64,000 bases of DNA from positions 1 through 64,000 of IMG/VR virus record IMGVR_UViG_3300045988_103986, one strand, 5' to 3'. Source of the DNA: a virus. The translations under genes were made by a program, and so were the position numbers. Under the pieces are notes generated by a model. The model saw only the letters and a program-made list of their open reading frames with translations, was not told where the DNA came from and did not search any database. Positions within the stretch are counted from its first letter, which is position 1. Each line of letters opens with the position of its first letter. Shown here piece after piece: positions 58,716-64,000 of the stretch.

Positions 58716-60518
58716 TCACTTCGGCCAGCTCGTGATCGTCGCAATCGGGAAGTCAGCAACCGATACGGCGTTGATTGTCATTGTCCCGTTGCTGGTAAGT
58801 GGACGTGTGAATCCTTGAATCAGATGCCGTTCTACCGGTGAAGACGGTTTGTCCGTCCTAACGATTTCAACAAGACTGTTTTCAAATATATGCATCATCT
58901 GTATGCACTGAATTGATACTGCTTTCTGCAGAACTGTCGTTCTTTTCAGTTTCCACTCAGCGAGATCTCTGCACTGCGTCGTGGTATAGTATCCGGACGC
59001 AGTTTCCCGATAGGTTTTTCTACCTATGAGGTTGATGTTTGTATCGCTGCTCGGGTCAAGATTCTGCGCTCTTCCGGACGCCTGCGGATAGTTATCAGTC
59101 TGCTCGCCAAGGACGATATAGTCATTGAAAACCTCCGTGTTTTTGACCGTGTAAGTCGCACCAAGAAGCTGTGCCTCATCCATTGAGAACTGCCAGAGAA
59201 TCGGCTTGTCCGTATCAACGATGTCATCCTGCGACGGTTCCATTCTGAATGTTCCCGTTTGGTCGTACCCTACCCATGCGTTTACCATCTCCGCCATGCC
59301 GAGTGCAACATCCGCGATTGTTCCGTCGTCGCTGTCTACACGCAGCGTGTATGGCGAGTCTGTCAGCGCAGCTGTCGTGCCATCCGGAAGCGCCTGCGTC
59401 TTCCCATTGTAGTAGTTCGTGAAAACCGGCGTCACATGGTCAATGGGGTATCCGTTGCCCTTGTCGAGCTTCAGGAGCGCCGCCACGGGTTCAAAGATAT
59501 TCGTCCCTACCGGAACCTCATATGTTGCTTCAAGCCGCCCAAACAGGCTTCCATCAATGTATGCCCACTTGTCTACAAGCGGGTACGTCATGGTTCGAAG
59601 ATTTGGGTTCATCGTCTCCTGCGGCTCTTGGATGTAAAAGACGCCCTGCTGGATGTAGTATTCCGAACCATCCGAGAGAATGAGTCCTTCATCGATTGCC
59701 ACCTGCTGACCGAACCAGATATTGTTGACATTATAGTCATACTCGGCATCTACGTTCGAAAGCGTTATGCTCGCTGTCCTTCTCTGGCCGTTTTGCAGAT
59801 TGCAGGTGATGCTTCCCTCTTGAATAAACGTGCCATTTCTCCGTCCGAGCGGATTATTATCGAGCGCAAAGGCTGTACTTCCGTCCGGTTGCAGGAAACG
59901 AATCCGACAGAGCTTTGTAAATGGCGTGCGCAGCTGCGCAAGATAGTCTCTGACTCGTTCTGCGTGCTCGCCAGCATAAACATATCCGGGTGTCGGATCA
60001 GGCGTAGGAGGCTGCGGCGCATTCTTTTGCCAAACCGGATAAAACGTAGCAACTGAGTCTGTCATGTATGTGCCGCCAAGGTCATATGCTTTCTCCCCGC
60101 CGTCCGTTGTGGCCCAACCGACTTGGGTGTAGCCATCACGGCCGAAGATGGCTCCGGCAAGTGTAAGCGGTTCACCTTGGTTTTTGGTCACAGATTGCGC
60201 CGTTCCCGTGCCGTTCATTCCGGGGAGGTAGGTTATGACATACGTTGTGGCTATCGAGTAGCTTCCATCATCGTTCTTGATGACCTTTGTATCTGATTTA
60301 ACGACGAACGCAGGCCGGATGCCTTTGGATTCCGTCTGCGCGGCCCATCCGCCGCTACCGGCCGTATCCTGATACCAGACTGTCGTTGCTCCGGTATCGG
60401 GCTGCGTTCGTGTCCACCAGTTCGCCGCCGCCCCGTTCAGATAGGCAATGAGCGCTTCTTTGCTGCTGTTTTGTTCGAAATATTCAAGCTTTGCACCGTC
60501 GATTGCTTTTGCACACAT
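58716..60518 (-). CDS. tail/baseplate protein with N-terminal DUF6273-like and Listeria-Bacteroides (Flg_new) repeat modules
   Basis: NWWTRTQ...GIRPAFVV; YVITYLPGMNGTGTAQSVTKNQGEPLTLAGAIFGRDGYTQVGWATTDGGEKAY; large C-terminal structural domain; AGGAGGTGG RBS. Confidence 0.6.
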   Translation of the reverse strand: MCAKAIDGAKLEYFEQNSSKEALIAYLNGAAANWWTRTQPDTGATTVWYQDTAGSGGWAAQTESKGIRPAFVVKSDTKVIKNDDGSYSIATTYVITYLPGMNGTGTAQSVTKNQGEPLTLAGAIFGRDGYTQVGWATTDGGEKAYDLGGTYMTDSVATFYPVWQKNAPQPPTPDPTPGYVYAGEHAERVRDYLAQLRTPFTKLCRIRFLQPDGSTAFALDNNPLGRRNGTFIQEGSITCNLQNGQRRTASITLSNVDAEYDYNVNNIWFGQQVAIDEGLILSDGSEYYIQQGVFYIQEPQETMNPNLRTMTYPLVDKWAYIDGSLFGRLEATYEVPVGTNIFEPVAALLKLDKGNGYPIDHVTPVFTNYYNGKTQALPDGTTAALTDSPYTLRVDSDDGTIADVALGMAEMVNAWVGYDQTGTFRMEPSQDDIVDTDKPILWQFSMDEAQLLGATYTVKNTEVFNDYIVLGEQTDNYPQASGRAQNLDPSSDTNINLIGRKTYRETASGYYTTTQCRDLAEWKLKRTTVLQKAVSIQCIQMMHIFENSLVEIVRTDKPSSPVERHLIQGFTRPLTSNGTMTINAVSVADFPIATITSWPK

Positions 60519-60534
60519 ATGGTATCACCACCTC

Positions 60535-62808
60535 CTAGAAACACCATGCCGCTGTGATGCCGTCCACCTCGGACGCGACGCTCCAGTCCGCTTCACCGCT
60601 CCATCCAGTTCTGTCAAAGCAGGTGGTGCTGTTGAGTCTCGGCGAGCGCAAATACCATGCGCGGTTTTTCTTCCGGTTCGCGGCCGTCTTGTAATACTCG
60701 TACTGCGTGCCCTCGCCTGGATAGGAGAATGTCCGTGTGCCCTGCACCTCGATCTCCGACAACAGGAACAGCGTGTCCTCCGTCGTGTCGATGGTCGAGC
60801 TGGCGCTGCCTGCCGAGGTTTTCTTCGTCACGGCTTTCATCGCAGCCACGACCTCTGCCGGCATCACCTGTCTCAGCTTCGGGAATGCATTGTACGTTCG
60901 CACCAGACAGTTCACCCAACCACAGCTATTGCTCTCTGCACCGTTCATCTTATACTGCGTCGCGTAGGTCGTGTGCATCTGGAATGTCAGCGGAGCCTTG
61001 CCCGAGCCGTCGGCATAATCGTCGTGGTTCTTGCCGATGATGTCGATTGCGTAGGTCGTGTTGTTGATCGTCATGTTGCAGCTGTCGCCGACGTTCCATG
61101 TGTCAGGAACCGTTTTTGTCTGACAAGCAAGGATAATGTCTGCCCAGCTATTCTCTCCAAAGTTCTCGCTGAGTCCGTTCTGCAAGCCAAGTTCCAGCGC
61201 AGAGAGCAGGAAAACCTTTGATTCAACTCCGCTTGTCCCTGCTGAAACTGATGTTCCGCTCGCATATGGAATCTTGGCTGTTTGCAGAGCATTCCGAAGG
61301 TTCGCACTGAGAAGATTGTAGAAATCTCCGTTCAGATAAGAAGCAATCTGACTTCCAGAATAGATGCTTGTGCTGCCGCTTCCATTCCAGACCTGTTGAT
61401 TGTAGAGCTGCTTCAGCATCAGCCACGTTCCGTTGCAGCTGCTGTCATACAGGCTGCTTTGCTGCGGGACACCTTGGTTGACCACGATGAACTCAAACTC
61501 AGCTCCATCTATCGTGTCTTTGACGATGGTGCCGGCTGGAAGATTGTCAATCGTCGTTACGTCTGCAGCTTCCTTCTGCCAATACGGATAGAGCGTCACG
61601 CTGGCATCCTGCGTGTATTGGGCTCCAAGACTATAGGCTTTCGCTCCGCCGTCAGTCAGGCTCCACCCGGTCTGTACATAGCCATCACGCGTGAATGTAA
61701 CCCCACGAAGCGTGATAGCCGTCCCCTCCGTTTTTGTCTGCGTCTGCGTGCTGCCGACACCGTTTGCTCCGGGTGCATATGTAACGGTATAGGTGGCAAG
61801 TACAGTGGCCGTTGCTTTGGCTGTCAACGCCAAATTCGAGCTAATACCGGAAACCGTGTACCTTTGAGCGGAGGACACCTTCACGTCAGAGGCGTTGTAC
61901 CATCCATCAAACGTTACCTGATAGCCAGACTGTGAACTCAGCGTGCAGTCCACCCAGCAAGATGTTTGGGTGTTCCCGTTGTAATCGATAAACGGGATGC
62001 CCTGATACTGCCTGGATACGTTTGCAATGTAGTCCCCCGCTATCACGTCGACCGAATACTGATACCACTCGGCCGTCAGCTCAATATCTTCCGGCGTGGT
62101 GCCTAACGTCTGTCCTGGGCTAACAGACATTGTGTATCCGCTGGTAAGACCTACGGCGACCCAATTTGCGAAGGTATAGCCCGGCCGGCTCGGAATCGTT
62201 GTTGAGATTTGAACGTTTGTGTCTTCTCGCACGGTTTGCGAAGAAGGTGCGCCATATCCCCCGTTTGCGTTGTAGGAAATCGTGTGCGTCGGTACAGTGA
62301 TCTCCTGCCAGACGCAGTAGAATACGCGGTCTACATATACCGTTGTTGTCTGCCCCGGCTGCCATTGGGCTGAGGTTGCACTGGCTGTGCCAGCATATCC
62401 GGCGAAGGTTTTTCCGGGCGGAGCGGAGAACGGACAATCCGGGATGGTGATGGTGGTGCCAAACGGGAACGTATTGCTCACGGATTGGCCGGTCCCATCA
62501 TTGGCATAAATCGTGACTGTTTTATCCCCCTGCAATGTGGTAACAGGAGTTCCATTTCCTTCGATCTTCCCGCCATTTGCATCATAGAGCGTGCCAGTCA
62601 GATAATAACTCTTATTCGCTGTCAGTCCGGTAAACGTGACGGCATAATTATTCGACTTGTCAGAAGTCCTTTGACTTCTGGTCGATTCCCCGTCTGCATT
62701 CAGCACCCATTGCAGGTATGCAGCATCTGACGATGATCCGTCCGAAATGCTTTCGTAGTATTCCGCACTGATGGAGTTAGCAGTTGTTTCTAAGATTTTA
62801 ATGCCCAT
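60535..62808 (-). CDS. tail fibre / receptor-binding protein candidate (Flg_new repeats + DUF6273-like C-terminus)
   Basis: Repeats HTISYNANGGYGAPSSQT... and YTVTYAPGANGVGSTQTQTKTEGTAITLRGVTFTRDGYVQTGWSLTDGGAKAY; C-terminus NRAWYLRSPR. Confidence 0.6.
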   Translation of the reverse strand: MGIKILETTANSISAEYYESISDGSSSDAAYLQWVLNADGESTRSQRTSDKSNNYAVTFTGLTANKSYYLTGTLYDANGGKIEGNGTPVTTLQGDKTVTIYANDGTGQSVSNTFPFGTTITIPDCPFSAPPGKTFAGYAGTASATSAQWQPGQTTTVYVDRVFYCVWQEITVPTHTISYNANGGYGAPSSQTVREDTNVQISTTIPSRPGYTFANWVAVGLTSGYTMSVSPGQTLGTTPEDIELTAEWYQYSVDVIAGDYIANVSRQYQGIPFIDYNGNTQTSCWVDCTLSSQSGYQVTFDGWYNASDVKVSSAQRYTVSGISSNLALTAKATATVLATYTVTYAPGANGVGSTQTQTKTEGTAITLRGVTFTRDGYVQTGWSLTDGGAKAYSLGAQYTQDASVTLYPYWQKEAADVTTIDNLPAGTIVKDTIDGAEFEFIVVNQGVPQQSSLYDSSCNGTWLMLKQLYNQQVWNGSGSTSIYSGSQIASYLNGDFYNLLSANLRNALQTAKIPYASGTSVSAGTSGVESKVFLLSALELGLQNGLSENFGENSWADIILACQTKTVPDTWNVGDSCNMTINNTTYAIDIIGKNHDDYADGSGKAPLTFQMHTTYATQYKMNGAESNSCGWVNCLVRTYNAFPKLRQVMPAEVVAAMKAVTKKTSAGSASSTIDTTEDTLFLLSEIEVQGTRTFSYPGEGTQYEYYKTAANRKKNRAWYLRSPRLNSTTCFDRTGWSGEADWSVASEVDGITAAWCF

Positions 62809-62825
62809 CTCAATTCACCCTCCCA

Positions 62826-64000
62826 TCAGTACGGCCATGCTCCGTCAGACTTTGTGATGACGATTCTCGCGTCATCCGTACCTCCAACTTCGACCCAGGA
62901 AATTTTGGCTGTTTGTGCTTGCGTTGGAGAGTTGTCCATTGTGCTGACCTCAATAGCAGCACTTATCCGGATTCTCAGCAGATCACCCTTCCGGCTCTTC
63001 AGAAACAGCGTATTCCTCGTTGTTGACAGCTCCATTATCTCGTTCCGCAGGTTTACAGTGTCAGAATATTTTCCGTCGGAGATCGTTCCAATCAAACTCG
63101 TCAGCGTACCGCTCTTGTAGTTGAACGGTGCCGTCTGGACCGTCGGGTACTGTGTGAAGTTCTGCAAGATCTGAGGCGTGTTGTTGTTGCTGATATCCCC
63201 ACTGGACAGATTCTTTCCGAAGAAGAAAATCTTTTGCGGGTGGAAAACCCCGTTTGCGTCCTTCGTGCATGACAGAACAGACCAATTCCAAATACAGGTT
63301 GTGATTTGATTGCTGATAAGAGCAGCCGAGGACGCCGAGTCATTGATTCCGAACGCATAGTACGTATATGCCTCTGCGTTTTTGCTTCCACAGTCAATCA
63401 CGACGTTGCCGTCCTCCGGACTTGTGTCAAAGACATGCGTAAGGGTCAGACTTCCGGCCAGATAGCGATAAATCGCAAATTTGGTAAACCCGGTGTTTCC
63501 AAATCCTCCGCCATTCAGATCTGTGTCAAAGTCTGCGAAGAACTGCCCCGAAACGTCCGTCGGGTGGTATCTCGGTTCTGCCAAGATGTTATTCCGCACT
63601 GTGCTGGTCAGCTCGTTTTTACTTACCAATACATAGTCACACGTCTGCGAGCCCTCCATCTGCAGAGAAGTGAGTGAATCAAATGAGAAATCGAGAGGAA
63701 TTTCTGTTTTACTCACGAAGCCGGAAGACGTATATGCATTGGTGTTATCCACCCAAACAAAGCTTCCGCCGAACGCCAGTTTCACCATCGTTGGGTTGAC
63801 TGACGAAGATGCCGGGATTGGGCTATCGCACGCAGTCCAGTTGATCCCGTCTTTGCTCTTACCTGCGCTTCCAGCGTAGACCGACAGGAACCAACCTTGT
63901 GCGAATATGATGTTTGGCCCAGAGTGCTCATTGCTGTAAACGTCCCATGTGATTCCGTCATAGCTGCACAACGTTATCCGTGTGTTGTTGTCGCCGACGA
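62826..64000 (-). CDS. virion structural (tail) protein, 5'-truncated by the window edge
   Basis: The frame stays open from 63971 to 64000 (..VGDNNTRITLCSYDG..); lies in the tail gene block. Confidence 0.6.
   Translation of the reverse strand, partial: VGDNNTRITLCSYDGITWDVYSNEHSGPNIIFAQGWFLSVYAGSAGKSKDGINWTACDSPIPASSSVNPTMVKLAFGGSFVWVDNTNAYTSSGFVSKTEIPLDFSFDSLTSLQMEGSQTCDYVLVSKNELTSTVRNNILAEPRYHPTDVSGQFFADFDTDLNGGGFGNTGFTKFAIYRYLAGSLTLTHVFDTSPEDGNVVIDCGSKNAEAYTYYAFGINDSASSAALISNQITTCIWNWSVLSCTKDANGVFHPQKIFFFGKNLSSGDISNNNTPQILQNFTQYPTVQTAPFNYKSGTLTSLIGTISDGKYSDTVNLRNEIMELSTTRNTLFLKSRKGDLLRIRISAAIEVSTMDNSPTQAQTAKISWVEVGGTDDARIVITKSDGAWPY

Noticed and set aside
58716-64000. Diversity-generating retroelement acting on the tail fibres
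   Set aside because: The window has no reverse transcriptase gene and no template/variable repeat pair. The repeated segments are protein-domain paralogs.

Overview
The window looks like most of a temperate Firmicutes/Clostridia-type tailed phage or prophage. Evidence for that host range: GGAGG-type RBSs, Spo0A-C-like, SleB-like and Cse60-like genes, and a tyrosine integrase.

Layout:
- 1-38: a 3' tRNA fragment that may be an att core.
- 95-21556 (-): a tightly coupled leftward early/replication operon. It encodes dUTPase, SSB, a replisome organizer plus G39P-like loader, a SNF2-helicase/DNA-methylase fusion, a second methylase, a PAPS-reductase-like protein, an AAA ATPase, YopX and many small Cys-rich proteins.
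- 21.6-22.7 kb: a 1.1-kb ORF-free G-rich tract.
- ~21.9-26.6 kb: a GC-rich mosaic island with a sigma-r4-like HTH protein, a lipoprotein, an RHH protein and iteron-like repeats.
- 26-42.9 kb (+): an array of small genes. Almost every gene or mini-operon is preceded by the same promoter-like box pair GGGACAAAT-N11/12-GTAGAWATA (15 copies in the window).
- Within that array: AT-rich morons (a DUF4041/T5orf172 nuclease-like gene, two RHH genes with canonical sigma-A promoters, antirepressors) and a second replication-organizer module.
- 42.2-44.4 kb: a solitary RAMP-like protein gene followed by a 1.4-kb purine-rich non-coding tract. The tract carries 22 single-strand GCAANGG motifs and a tnpB-less miniature IS.
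- 44.5-54.5 kb (+): integrase, three tRNAs (Gly, Gln, Met), two hairpin-dense ORF-free blocks that are candidate large structured RNAs, a TnpB IS, HU, a MazF/PemK-like toxin, a cysteine desulfurase and an XRE regulator.
- 54.6-64 kb (-): the lysis cassette, a second TnpB IS that splits a small ORF, and tail-fibre/baseplate genes running off the window.

A second 45-bp element (TATGACCTAAATCATTTGGAGG...) marks the start of five transcription modules.

Two frameshifts sit at homopolymer runs, so some indels may be assembly errors. All functional calls come from motif recognition by eye. No searches were run.
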